A stretch of DNA of 64,000 nt from Neophaeotheca triangularis (lineage: Eukaryota), in contig BAAIJX010000022.1 of NCBI GenBank assembly GCA_054600435.1, positions 248,001 to 312,000 on the forward strand, in the 5' to 3' direction. Positions 11,863 through 24,970 of this stretch are shown piece after piece (the first letter of the stretch is position 1; each line of letters starts with the position of its first letter). The position numbers and the translations under genes were made by a program. The notes beneath the pieces were generated by a model, which had not been told where the DNA came from, made no database searches, and saw only the letters and a list, made by a program, of their open reading frames with translations.

Positions 11863-12485
11863 AGATGACCTGCCGTCTCTCGCAAGCTGCATTATAGGGC
11901 TGCAAGAGCTGAGTACTGGCGGAGAGGGTGGAAAAGGAAGAGGTCAGAAAGGACCGCACGTGGTTAAAGGGAAGGTATCAAAGGGGCTCGATTTGATCGA
12001 GCGAGACTTGAACATAGTCCCTTGGCTTCGGCCTGCTTCTTCGATGGGGTCATAGCCGTGTGTAGCCTATCTGAGCAATACCTGATCGGGGAGAAGACTG
12101 CCATTATCTTGACAGCCGTGACACACCCTTAACCCTAGCATATACGTTGTAACTCATAACACGTGAGACGTTTCACCGTGGTTTCACGCAACCCACCCCC
12201 GCTTTCACCCCACGCTCCCACTCACGGCTTATCGGAGATAACGGGCCGGTGTGACGGAGATACCTCCCCACAGTGCTACCTACAGGTAGGTCGCCTCCAA
12301 CTTCCTGTCTCCTACCTCCCTTCAGCTATCTTGTCACATACTGCTTCGCTGCCAGGACCGACGCTTGCTTAAGCCTTGCTGGTGTCTTCTCTCCATCTGT
12401 TTCTCCCTCCTGCCATCACTCTCAACCTCTTCCCTCCATCTCCGCCCTCACCCGTGCATCTATCCTCGTTCAATTCGGAACATAC

Positions 12486-14137
12486 ATGGCCTCCCTCCTC
12501 GAACTCTCGCATGAACTCCTCCATTGTATCTTCCTCGAGATCGACCCTTCCGATATCGCCGCTTTACGGTCGACTTGCCACGAACTCCACAACTACTTCG
12601 ATAACAACCGGTTACTGTTCAAAGAGCTATATGGGCGATGCTATGACTTGCCAACACCATCACCATCACCTGACACCGTAGAGCAAGAGGAATGGGACCT
12701 CGCCATTCAGAACACCGTGAAGGTCGAAAAACTACTGCAATCGACAAGCCGGGACGTCAAGGACGCCCACCTCGAGTTCATCGCCGCCGAAATCTCCCGC
12801 CTAGTGCACGAAGCCTCGAGTGATCCAGCCGAGTCTCGAAACCTGAGTCTACTACAACAACACTTCGAGTCCGAACTCAACCGCAACAGCCTCCTCACGG
12901 CCTCGAATCTCTTCACCACAGCCGGGGGGTTCGAACAAAAAGCCGCGCCCACGGCATCCTCGCGCCAGGCTTCCGCCAAACTGCACTGTCTTTATGGCGT
13001 CCCGATCGATGGCTACGAAGGTCTGGACGCGCTGATTGGCATGGCTTCCGATCCGGCTCTCAGCCCAGCAAACTCGACTAGGAGTAAGGGGGAGGTAATG
13101 GCCCCGCATAAAGTCGCGAGGGGCAAGGTTTACAACCTACGGGAGTATACGGATGCTTCGCTGTGGGGGCCTTTCAAGGCTGACGGCAGCGTACGGGTTG
13201 ATTGGGAGAAGGTAGAAGCTGTGATGGTGGTGCTGGGGTTTAATTTGAGGAAGTTCAATGAGAGGTCTGGGGGTAGGTTTCCGATGGTTTGGGACGAGCC
13301 CTTTGATGGTGCGACACCGGGGAGTTATGTTTCGCCCAAGGTTGTGGATGTGGATGGAGAGGAAGAGGAGGGAGTAGATACGATTGGTGGTGCTGGGTAC
13401 GAGTGCTCGCGGCCTGAGGATTTCAAGATCAGAGAGCTAAGGGCGAGCCTCGATGCCCAAGATCCGTATGGTGTTAGCGGGACTTGGATGCGCATTGTCT
13501 GTTTTCTTGACTACCACGATCTTTTCCGATACAATTTTTCCGTCCCGCGAGACGATGAGGGCGAGGGTGGCGACGGCGAGCGCGAACCGTCACTGGGGCC
13601 GATTGGAACGGAAGAAGGTGAGACTACTAAGAAACCTACACAACGCATGCCTACACTCAATCGAATCCTACTAACCATCCCCTCCCAGCCATCCGCCTCA
13701 TCCGCATCCAACTCCGCGTGACCAAAATCGTCGCCCCTGACTCAGCAGAATACCTCGACCATGACGACGACAGCCTCGAGCCCTCAATGGATTGGACAAA
13801 CTTCACGCAACCACGCCTACCAACCGTGCACTTCGAGGGCTCCTCGCGCAGCTTACACGCCAGCTGGGACCCCAACGCCAACAGCCGGATCCGTGGCACG
13901 GTGCGCCAAACTCCCGAAAACGAATTCCGGTGGACGACTTTTAGCATTTTCCACGGTGAGGAGCGCTGGCGGTCTGAGGGGATCCAAGTTGGCGGTCTGA
14001 AGAGCGCAAGAGGTGTGCTCGGGAATTGGTTTGATAAAGACTTTAGTCCGCAGGGGCCGGCGGGGCCAACGGCGTTTTGGAAGGAGAGCGATGAGGTTGA
14101 AGAGGAGAGGAGGGGTGCGGAGGTAAGCTGGTTTTAG
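12486..14137 (+). CDS. F-box domain protein, 2 exons: 12486-13617, 13689-14137
   Basis: N-terminal LLELSHELLHCIFLEIDPSDIAALRSTC is an F-box. Intron 13618-13688 (GTGAGA..CTAAC..CAG) joins to the EERWRSEGIQVGG..GPAGPTAFWK C-terminus. Confidence 0.85.
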
Positions 14138-14769
14138 GGGTTGTTCTGGGGTTAGGTGGTGCTGGGAGCCGCGGGTTTCTTTCTTAGCGGCAAAGGGAGT
14201 TTGAGATCTGGGGGCTTAGGATCTAGTGACTATGGATGATACGCCAAAAGTAAGGGCCGGTTAGGTGGGGTGTTTTAGGGCTCGAGTAAGGGTTTTAAAG
14301 GATGGGTTAACAGCAACATGTTTTCCAGAAGAGAAGGAAGACGGCGAAGCATGATATAGAAGGTTCACGTATTTACGCTAATGAGACATTTAGGCATTAA
14401 AGCCGATTTCATATGATTTTTGGTCGTCTAGCATGATGTCCACCATATTGTCGACGGTTTCACGCTTTTTCTCTCGCCACTAACTCGGATTCTTAGGACT
14501 CAGAGTCGTCTCGATTGCGTGACTGCTAGAGGCATGCTGCACGGTGGAATGACTACGGCATCCGATCCAGGCCTCGAGAAGTCATCAATCTCGCTTTTCG
14601 CCAGCATTCATCAGCAACCGCAGCCTCGAGAGTGGCCCCCTACTGAGTATCGTCGCACCGTCAAACCACCTCCACACTACCGCCGAAAGCATACGACAGC
14701 ATCATTGAGCCATCTGTATAGATCGTGTGCCGCAAGCCTTAGGTCCAAGACTTGAAGTGAAGCATCTAG

Positions 14770-15778
14770 CTAGTACTCCAAGCCGACCGACTCGAGGGTA
14801 GCCTTGTCCACGTCCTCGTCTTTCAACACCCTAGCTAGCACACCTGCCTCGAAGACAGCTCCGTCGATCCAGGTCTGTCTCTCCTCGGCGACCGTATGGT
14901 GGCCCTCAAAGAAAGCCTCCTCGTCGAGCTTCCGCCAGAGCTTGTTTTCGTAATATTCGTCCGCGTCTTCAAACTCCTTGGTGAGCTGTTTTTGCGTGAT
15001 CTTGAGCAACTTGAGCCAGTCGTTATTAGTCCTGGTGCCGATGTCGAACGGCTCCTTTGGGAGCGCCGCAAGATCTTTCGCGTCCTTGAGGTGTTGTTTG
15101 GTAGTTTTCGCTCTCGTCAAAAGAGCTGCTTTGTGAAGGATTTTGATCAGTTTCGATCTGGCATCTTTCTGCTTCTTTTCTTTCTTAGCCGCGGCTTCCT
15201 CCTCCCTCTTCTTCGCGGCCTCCTTTCGCTTCTTCGCTTTTAGCTCCTCGTTAGTCGGAGGTTTCACTGAAGATATGTCAGCAGTTGGTACTTGCGTCGG
15301 CCCTCTATCTACATCACGTACCGTTCCAGCTCACGATCGTAAGGTCGCCGTCCTCGCCCTCGGTGGATTGGACAACAGACTGGGTGCGGGAGCGCTCGCG
15401 CTGAGACGGCTCACGATGAGACTGCTCGCGGACAGACTCTTCACGCTCACCCAGGCCCTCGTCCTCCACTCTCCTTTTTCTCTTCTTGCTAGTAGTGGTT
15501 GGCGAAGTTGGCTGAACTGATACAGGTTGGGCTGGAGCTGACTGAGCCTGGACTGACTGAGCTGGCATGGTCTGATTTTGGGCCAACGCAGGGCGAACAA
15601 CTTGAGTGGGAGCCGGCGTGTGGAAGACGTCGCTGTGGGGATTCATCTGCCTCACGAGGCTGTTCATGCCGCGAGCGGTGCCTGCAATTTCCGGCTCAGT
15701 AATCGCGGTCTCATCGCGCGCAGTTCTTTGGGTCTCGGTCGGCGAAGGAGTTCCGTCGGTGAACGGGTGGCCGGCCAT
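14770..15778 (-). CDS. Hypothetical 317-aa protein with basic/coiled-coil core, 2 exons: 15778-15322, 15266-14770
   Basis: Intron 15321-15267 (GTACGT..CTGAC..CAG) fuses two track ORFs in frame (W-N-V-K-P-P). KKRKRR and KKRKEAAKKREEE are NLS-like/charged tracts. Confidence 0.7.
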
Positions 15779-15885
15779 GATGGAGTAGATGTGGTGTTGA
15801 TGTGATCTTGAAGAACTCGATATCAATGCCGGTCGGACTTGGTGTCTTAAGTTAGAATGCCGGCCAGCCCGATGTAGAGATGATT

Positions 15886-16627
15886 CGGAAAAGGATCGCC
15901 TAGAGTCGAGTCCAGATGGCCTTTGGAATCCTGTTGCTAGGCAGCACTGTTAGGTAGAGGAAAGCAGAGTAGTGTAGAGTCTGCAAATACCTAAAATGTA
16001 GGCTTTTGCGAGCTATCTGAAGATGACGGGCTGGACTGATTCGGCTTCACTTTCGTTTGGATTGGTCGAGTTAGTAGGGGACGTAAGGGGTTTTGATCGG
16101 GCGGGCTCTGATACTGCTACTCGTTAACATCAATACTCGCCGCTGCGTAAATCTGCAGCCTTCACTTACGTCTAAGGCTGGTGTGGCGAGAAGAGGGATA
16201 CTGTTAGGGTTGGGTATGGGATAATTGGTATTGAATCGTGATCTGTCGTAAGAGGTAGGACTCGTGATTTCGAGAATTCAAACGTCTGGCCGAAGAGTAA
16301 AGATGGCCTTGCGAGTAAGTGTAAGTGAGCAGATGGGTGGTCGAGTCAAAGGGCAGACCCAGATCTTGTCAGGGACAGTGTCCGTTTTCGAGAGCAAGAG
16401 AATGTCGTAAAGAACCGACGTCCTGGGTCCGGATGCTACACAATCCAAGGCAAAAATACCACGGGAAAGGATAGCCTAGTCCAAAGTATAGGCAGCCTTT
16501 AGAACACTGTTGATTATTAGCAATGTTAGATAGAGGTAGGCAAAGAAGTGTAGTGTGGTCAAATACCTGAAGACTAGATGACCACGTGCTTGCGTCCGAA
16601 TTTGGCTAACTAATTCGTCTTCACTTT
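15886..16627. repeat. Diverged tandem duplication (~576-bp period); each copy contains a 60-nt minus-strand intron-like element
   Basis: 15886-16001 aligns without gaps to 16462-16577 (82/116 identical by hand count). ACTGATTCGGCTTCACTTT (16035-16053) matches ACTAATTCGTCTTCACTTT (16609-16627). Confidence 0.8.
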
Positions 16628-18037
16628 GTCGACACGTATCTCCACGAGATTGCTGTTGATGTCGTTTTTGGGTAAACTATGTGTTCTGGTGGGATTGGAC
16701 GGATCTGATCTCCGGTCGGAGCTTGCAGACTGATGTGAAGGGGTGATTTGCGTGGTAGATCGTTCCACAGCTTGAGAGGGTACTGATATAACCGTGGTGA
16801 TTCTGATGCCAAGTCTGAGATCACATTGCTCCGCGAGCTTAATACGTCGAAGGTGCTCCGTACTGAGGGATGGATGAGAGTCGAACCTCGCCGCGCACTG
16901 AGGTAGACTGTGATGGCTAAGACAGTGTGGAAGAGGTCGAAGGCAGTGAGGATGTAGAAGGTACCAAAGTAGGTAAGAAGAGAGTGGGAGTAAGTTGTTA
17001 GTCGAAGGTGGTAGATAATTGTAAGGTAGGAAAGCGGTCGTATTTAGAGGTGGTAGGAAAGCAGAAGACCGCAATAGAACCATATTGAGCCCATTTAGAA
17101 GCAAGAGCACAACGTGCAGGTTCAACCGCCAGATCCCAGACGTTGCGCAGTCTAGACTCAATCAATTTCGGACAGCCGCAAGATGACACGAAGGACGGGT
17201 GTTGGCAATTCATCATTTGTAGGATCCCAGAGGTAAGCAGAAAGAGGCACGCAAGCCAATGCTGTGGACAACGAGTCACCCAAGCAGGAAGGCACTACAA
17301 CCCGGCGAAAAATGGCACAGGGAATAGATAACCTGGACTCGATTACTGGTAGCTCGGGAGGATCGTTACCTAAACAGCAAGGTCAGATGGAGGCAGTTAA
17401 GAAAGGGTAGCATGCTCAAGTGCCCCAATCGCGACTGACCACGCGCCTCGACAAAGTAGCACGTCTTCACTCTGCTGCGCCGGATACCGTACTTATCATA
17501 AAGAAAATGACACACACTTATTTCAACGATTCGACCGCCCTCGCAGAAGCGCAACCGGGAGCGATTCGGCCAGCTTGCTCATCGTTCCGGATAAACTCAC
17601 CTACTCTACATGTCGAGGAAAAAAGAAGGGACGCCCGAGGGAATGCTTGAGATTACCACCGCCTATGGTACAAAACCAGGGACCCCTATCCACGGCACCG
17701 AAGTAAGCAATCGTTCAATAGGGTATAAAGCTCCGCATTATCATCGCAAAAAGCAAAATCCAAGTTGTGGGCTCGTTTAAGGGGTGGACGGTGGTGCTGT
17801 GCGCCTTAATGAGCACTCCATCTTTTCTTTGGGTCTGCAGCGTTTTCATCCACTCTCAGAGCCCTCGTCTGTTGTTCTTTCTCTCGGCTCCGGGTTGGTG
17901 GGTCTGAACTGGACAGTCGGAATTCGCATCGGTCATGTCAAATTGTTTCAGAGCCTTCATCTGGTGTTCTTTCTCTCAGTCGAGGCGTTCTAAGAGGCGC
18001 TGGAGAGCCGGCAGTCCATCGGTGACGGCTAACTCTT

Positions 18038-21000
18038 TCAGAGCGCGAGCCCAGTCCCGTCGCCCGTCCATCTATACAAAGCAAGCACCTCGCGCCTGCG
18101 AAGCTGCTGCTCGCCGAAATCTTCAATCATCCTGCCGCGGACCTGAGACAGAGCAGAGCGCATGACTTTGCGGAAGTTTCGCTTTGGGTGATCGGTCAGT
18201 GTCTATCGCGTTTGCTTGCCAACATGAGTGGAGGCTTCTGACGTACCTGGTACTCGGTGTTGAGCGTCACAACGCACGCCTCGTGAGCTCGTACGATGGT
18301 CTCGCAAGCTTTGACGACGCTGGGACTGGCTTCGCCTTGAAGCTTGTCCGCGATCAATAGTAGCAGGAAGCTTCCTTGAAGTAGGTAGATACCAAAGAAG
18401 AACGGCATGAAACTCAAATCCGGGTCGTATTCCAAAATCTCGTTGATGGCTTCTGCGGCGGAGACGGCGTGGCCGGTGGCGGAGATGAAGGATTGAGAGG
18501 AGATCCAGAGGTCGTTGTCGTCCAAAAGGGAGATTGGGTCCCATTTGCCGTTTAGCAGAATGTACAAAGTGTGCATCAGGTGTGTACTATAAGCCACCAC
18601 GACGCGCGTTTGCAAGACGGATTCGGTCATGCGGTTCGAAGACGAGGTTGTACCGACTGAGCGACCGGAAGGACTGCCATTTTCGTAGTGGTAATTCCTA
18701 TCGCCGTTCAAATCAGAGTGTTGCTTTGACACTTCCTGCCCAGGTGGAGGGGCCGAAAAGTTCATTTCAAAGTCTTTGAGACTTCGGCCATAGACTTCGA
18801 GCTGTTGACTGATTTCTGCTGCCTGGTCGTCCCATTCCGAACTGCTCCTATACCGCGCACCGAACCTCGGGTGATTGCGTGCATGGTTCAGATCGACTAT
18901 CTCGCCGAGAATGGTCATCAACGGTAGGAAGAAGCCGAAAATGCTGTGACCGGAGCATTCGAAGCTTGGTCCCCTTCGTCGATAAAGGGACGGATCGGTC
19001 GCGGTCGTGTTCTCCCCTGGGTAATACTCGCCGCTCTGCCATGTAACGTCGTTCTCGGGCTGAAGAAGACCGTCGCACTCGATATCAAGAAGGAAAAGCG
19101 GTCTATTGTAGCACAAGGCGAGATGCCGGTCGACAATGTAAAGGAGCCACCATATCCTTCTTCGCTCCTCCCGCTCTTCGAACGAAACTGTGCCTGGCGG
19201 CGATGGCCCATTGTTGGAGTGATCCGGAGATCGCTCGTTCTGTGCATTATACCCTGGCATACCCTTCTCGTCTATGTCACCCACTGCATCGCCATCACTT
19301 CCGACTGGTCCGGATTGGTGTGTTGGTTCGGGATTCGGCGGTAGCTCCCGGCCCAACTTGAGCTCTCTAGCCAGAGACCACGCAGCGTTCCACCACCTGA
19401 GGCTGGCCCCTTTGTATTCGCTTGCAGACACCACTGTAGCTAGATGAATGTAAGTGGCAACGTCGTCCAAGGCGCCTGTGGCTCCGGGCGAACCACCCTC
19501 CATTTCATGTGACTGGCCACTCAGTGCAACTCCGAAACCCCCAAGTGCAACGCCGTCAACGACTGTATTCACGCCCAGGTTGGCAGTCGCGTCTACTGGG
19601 GAGTGAATGAGTGGTTTTAGTAATTTTACGGTCAACTCTAGCAGCTTCTGACATATTTTGCCCCGAGCTGATGGTGGCGAGGTCAAGAAGGCCGATTCGC
19701 TAGTCTGCGCGGCGACCCACAACATGCTCGAAAGAAGTGCTGGACTACAGATCCGATAGTGATGTTGCCTCAGAAATGAGCGCTTTCGAAAGACGAAACC
19801 AAGCAGGTACGGGGACGATGGTTGCATGAAAGCTGCCGATGTACTGGAGAAGTAAAGCTCGAGCAAGTCGCAGGCAAGGCTGATGGGTATGATAGAGGCG
19901 ATATGCGGAACGAGCGGTCTCAGGACGGGATACTTGAGCTGTTGGCCGGGTTGAGCGTGTTGATAGTGGTGATACAGGCCTCCGTTGGGAGAAGGTAAAG
20001 ATATCCAACCAGGTGAGCCTGCCGCTCCTGGCGACTGTCCTAGGAAGCCCTGGGACAGCGGCGACTCACCGAACCTGAATGGCGGCATCTGCTGACTGCC
20101 TGGCGAAGGTACAGCGTATGGACTATCTCCGTAGCTAGGCAGTGTGCCACCGTGTAGTACAGAGCTTTGTGTTGCGGAAGTATTGTTGTGTAAAACGTTC
20201 TGTCCAGCAACGGTCGTGCCGGGATGGAGTATGCTACGGTGATAATCATCCATGGAGCCGTATTCGCCCAATGCGTTCGGTATGCCTCGATCGAGCATGT
20301 TGACATTTGGCAGCCTGGGCGTTGGAAGCATGGCCGTGTTCTGTTGCGCATACTGCTGCTCAGCCGTATGCGAGCTTTGGCGCCTAGATCGCATCTCGGC
20401 GTCTGCCACCTGTTGATTCGCTACGGTGCCGGTGGGTTCCAGACCGGTCAAGCCATGCATGCCATGGCCGTTTGGAACCTGTTGGTTGGTTAAGCTCCCT
20501 GCTCTGGGTGGTGGTGGAGGTGGCGGAGGTAATTGCGACTGGAGTTCGCTGCTGGACCTCCTTCGCTTGTTGCCAGATTTCCCTTGCAAGTCGCTACCAG
20601 CCTGGTCTTCTGACGAGCCTTCATTAACAGACCTGGGGCTACCGTCTTTGACATCTGCCCCGCCAGGTGCTTGCTGTTGCGCTGCAAGATCCTTCCTGGA
20701 GGCCTTGCCCCTCTTCTTGCGCTCGCGTACATACTCACAAGTCAGGCCGAACTCGACGCAATGTGCGCACGGAGTTTTGCCGTCACATTTGGTCCGTAGC
20801 TGATTACATTGGTCGCAAGCTCTGCTGATACGCCGTCTGACAGGCTGGCCAGCGTTTGATGCCTGACTGGTGGAAATCTGCGGTTTCTGTTGCGGGGATT
20901 GCTGGGGCTGTTGGTATTGTGGATGGTGCTGTTGGTGCTGATGTCGGTCCATGGAGTGCGAGCCAGGCTTCAGCTGCGGTGGAAAGCTGGGGTGGAGAGC

Positions 21001-21102
21001 TTCCTGCTGCTGGCTGTGATGCTGTCGCTGCTGTGGTAGCTCTGGCAAGGCGTAGTGTGAGCTCTCGACGAGGTTGTCAAGAGCATCAACATGGACAGAC
21101 AT
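18038..21102 (-). CDS. xlnR: Xylanolytic Zn2Cys6 transcriptional activator XlnR/Xyr1, 2 exons: 21102-18247, 18181-18038
   Basis: [45 protein letters not shown] zinc cluster and [11 protein letters not shown]. Intron 18246-18182 restores the conserved tail [11 protein letters not shown]...[20 protein letters not shown]. The first in-frame ATG is at 21102; the true start is uncertain. Confidence 0.96.
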
Positions 21103-21312
21103 GTGCAAAATAGCAGGGGCGGAGGAGGTAGTGGTGGTGGCGGTGGGTGGTCGCGGGACACGACGGGAGCATGGAAGTGAGATGAGGTCGGGGTGGTCGG
21201 GACTCGCGAGACGTCGCCGGCGGGAGAGGGTGAGCCACGTTTTGTGGGGTCCCCGATCATCAGACAGTCTTGGAAGCTGGAGGTGGAGGTGCGTTTTTCG
21301 ACTCGCCGGCAA

Positions 21313-21342
21313 ACTGGACTGGACTGGACTGGACTGGACTGG
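21313..21342. repeat. (ACTGG)6 microsatellite in the xlnR leader
   Basis: Six perfect pentamer copies read directly. Confidence 0.95.
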
Positions 21343-23308
21343 TGACGGGAAGCTCGACGTCTTCACGTCTTGCTTACAAACGCATTCATCATTGTGTAAC
21401 TAGGGTAGGTGCAAGATTGCCAAAATTGCCGTGATACTTGAGGAATACTGTCGGTGCTGTGGTAGTAGTAAGAACGGGAAGACCACTCGCCTCCTCTAGC
21501 CTCCTCTATTCTACATACGTACTATAGCTAGGTAGCTGCAGAGTGTGAGTACAGAGGTACCTCCTCGCGCCTTGGTACGCCTTGCTCTCCAGAGCAGAAA
21601 CTACCTAGGTCTGTATTATTACTATATGTATGCCCATGCCTCTCTCATCACGCCATACATTCTGCTACCACTGCTACCTACTGTCCCTCCTAGCAGTAGC
21701 AGGCATGGTTTCCTCAGTGGCACGTTCGCATGCAGAGAACCTGAATGGATCAAAGCATCGGTAAAGTAGAAGGATCCATGTAGTTATATGATATCAGCAA
21801 CTCACGCGCTCATCTAAGCTCCCGCCGTCGACCACCTGGGAAGCGAGCCCTACTACCTTGCCTAAATACAGTATGTACCTGGCAAGAATAAGTAGCAACT
21901 AGCGCATGCGCCACACGTGATGTCCGGACCAGCAGCATCACTCTCCACTCTCCACCCTCCACCCGTGGGCCGTGGGTGCGTGCCTAGACGAGCCATCCCC
22001 TTGGTATCCATACCTACCTTGCCACTATGTGCTCGTTGCACTTCCTTCCCACCTTTGATAACGGCCACCTTGGAGCTTCCTTTGAAAGTGCATTGGCTGT
22101 CTATGCATCGTTCGTGTATATTTGGTCTCTCCTCCTTCTCTACTGATCCCTGCACCAATATGTATACGAAACATTATCGGCACGACGGAGAGAAGGAATC
22201 TCGTCCGACAAGACGGCCAGCATGACTACCAACTACTGCGCTTCATCATCGAGCAGCACGACGCTCTCCAAATCTCCCAGACTCGGTGACTTACTCCATG
22301 CGTGATCAGCCGGCATCCGCCATTCCACAACATATAGCGAGCCACCCCCCACCCATCAGCGCAAAGTCTGCCGTACGACGTGAGCAAAAGCCTCCATGAT
22401 GTCTCCTCACGTGGCAGGACTTTGCCGATCACCAAGGTATGTAGCTGAACGTCGGTACTTGGAGAAGCTGTGACAGCAGGGAGTCGACATTATATAGGCA
22501 CGCCTTGCCGAACCCAACAGCGTCGATCATGCGCGCGAGAAACGTCGTCGCACGCACCTGCAGGCACCCACTAGAATGGAAATCAACGCCGTTCTTCTTC
22601 TCTCGGCACTTTAAGCAAGCCCGTCTACTCAAGACTCCCAAGAACGTGCGTGCAGAGTACGGCACTCTCATGTGAAAGTCCGCAGAGCGCTGAGAGCCAG
22701 GTATCGTTCGATTTCACGCCCAAAGCGGCCAGATTTCTGCACATCCAGGTCCCGGCCACGTGTGCAGCCTGCAATAGGAATTGTAGGCTGCAGCTCACTC
22801 TTGCTCTCTCAGCCGAATCGATAGTATCTTCCAATCCCTGCTCAAATGAATTGGCTCTACAAAACCCTTCCTTGGAACATGTCTCGACGTGAGCCACATG
22901 ATCACGATTTGGCTTTCTCGGGTCTTGGCACAATACCACCGTATACACTATAGGCGCCTCAGCTTCCGCGAGCCCACCAACAATCGACAAATAGTGTGAG
23001 GAACATATTCACTCCAAGTAGCCGGAACGCGGTCAAGGTCGAACTGAGCCACTGCTCCGGGCTCGCCTTCTTCAGCAAACCCTGGTAAGTCTGTCTACTC
23101 CGACATGGGGTGCATTCTGCAAGCGCAAGGTACCGCGACTGTTCACTTCGATTGCTATTTCAGCGGGTGTCGTGCCGCATCAAGGCTTCTCCCGCAGACG
23201 AGGCCCTCAAAACTTCGTGGACTTGAAGTTCTGGCCGTTAGCGATGTGAGTCCTCACATGACCCAGGATGGTGCGTGAATTAGCGTCCGAGCGGCTTGGG
23301 CAGCCTCC

Positions 23309-24662
23309 CTATGCCCTGAAAATCGACATTATTCTGATGAAGTAGCACCTGGTTTTACAGTCGCTATACCTACTAGCTCGCTTCTTGCCTCGGCGTGTAC
23401 ACTGGATAAGATGCAAAATTCTCCAAGGCACCGCTCCAGGTTCGTAGCCCCGGTTGACCCCAGGGCTACGGGCTCCTGACTCCCTACCTGGCGGATCTTG
23501 AGCCCTCATGGAGCATGCAGGAGGCTCGTGGCAAGAGTCCCAATTCTCCACCACGTAGACCCTACTGCCAACGTAAATCTTTACTTCTTCCTCCTCATCG
23601 ATGTTCGGGCCCAGTTCCGCGCCAGCCTCCCCCCTTACCTCAACGTTTACCTCCCGGTTGCCTCGAGCGCCCGTGTTCAAACCTTCACTTCCTACGGGAA
23701 GCGTCTCGACCACCTCGTCGCCATCCTCATCCCTATCGCCCAAATCAACACCAGCAGCCCCGTTCCCAGCGGGCCGGGGCCTCTGCACTCCTACCTCCTT
23801 CTGCAGTTTCTCACCCCCATTCTTCATACCCCTCGCCTCCCTCCTAACCCTCTTCCTTTCTCTATGCGCCTCCAGCGCCTCCTCATCCCCAACTATCCGA
23901 TGCTTCAACCCATGCACAGTCGGATCGCTGCGAGTCAAATACTTACAACCCACCTGATGCGCCTCTGTGCCCAACATATACACCGAACCCTCCCCGACCC
24001 AGGGCACGAGACAATTGGCACAGAAGCGAAAACCGCAAGCTTCACACTGCGTGTAACCGCACCCGGACTCGAGGCTGAAGAAGATGGTGCAGCCTGGGCA
24101 GCGCTTGAGGGTCCCGTCGGTGGTGAGTATGGTCTCGTTGGCGGCCTCTTCCGCCGCGTGGGGAGCTATAGTAGTAGCTGTGTATTGGGCGCATGTCTGG
24201 CCGATGTGTTCTGGCCGGTCACATGTAGTGCAGGTTTCAAAAGAGCAGTACTGGCAAGTGAACACCCTGCCGTCGTGGGCGGGGTCATGGTTTTGAAATT
24301 CGGGGTTGCATCGGTTCTGGCAGAGGCGGGTTGTGGCGGATTGCAGTTTGGTATTGTATCTGTTTTTCTATTGTCAATGGTTTGCTGAGCTCGTAGCTTT
24401 TGAGCAAAGTCGGATACCTCTGGAGCGTATCCTTCCTTGCCAGTCTCTTCAGTTCGTCGCCCGCGATGATGCTAGGGCAGAAGATGCATGAAACGTCTTC
24501 GGCGCGCTTCTTCTCCACTTCCATGCTTAGATGAGCCTCCCAGCATTCAGCACATGCTCGTTCTGTCGCAGCATGGCTATTATGGCAGGTCTTGGGTGCC
24601 CTAGCTAGGGATGAAACCTTAGAAGCGCAGATGTCGCAGTCCACATATTTGGTTTTTGCCAT
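23309..24662 (-). CDS. RBR (RING1-IBR-Rcat) E3 ubiquitin ligase-like protein, copy A; exons 24662-24418, 24359-23309
   Basis: RING1 CDIC..C..H..CAEC..CIFC; IBR CQNRC..CQYC..CTTC..H....C; Rcat KRCPGC....SGCGYTQCEACGFRFCANC..H...C. Intron 24417-24360 (GTATCC..CAG). The 3' end may be spliced differently. Confidence 0.82.
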
Positions 24663-24970
24663 GGTGGCTTTGTCGGTGGTTGAGTAGGTGGGAAGTTGAT
24701 AAAGGAAGTCAAGGTTAGGGGTGCAAGATCGGAAGTTGGAGGTTGAGAGGTGAAGTTGGAAAGCTGGAAGGTGTAAGGCTGCGAGGTTAGGCAAGAGCTG
24801 TCACCGCATGCGGCAGCTACCTACGTGTCACGTGCTCTTACGGAGTGAAGTCTCAAGCAACCTGAGCCGACTGATTGAGCGACTACGCTCAAGAACACTC
24901 GCGATTCTTCCCCCAGAGCCACCCTTGAGGAGAGTCCGACCAACGTCTGCTACACCATAAACCATCCAAT

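Noticed and set aside
12130..12137. TAACCCTA (and TTAGGGTT at 16204) as telomerase RNA template or interstitial telomere
   Set aside because: Single 8-mers are expected by chance; no array, and no room or structural support for a telomerase RNA.
16610..17161. 183-aa minus-strand ORF
   Set aside because: Non-ATG start, L/P/S-rich translation of pyrimidine-rich non-coding DNA, and it overlaps the duplicated non-coding unit.
22226..22990. Short ORFs in the xlnR upstream region
   Set aside because: No domain, no consistent frame or splice signals; treated as promoter DNA.
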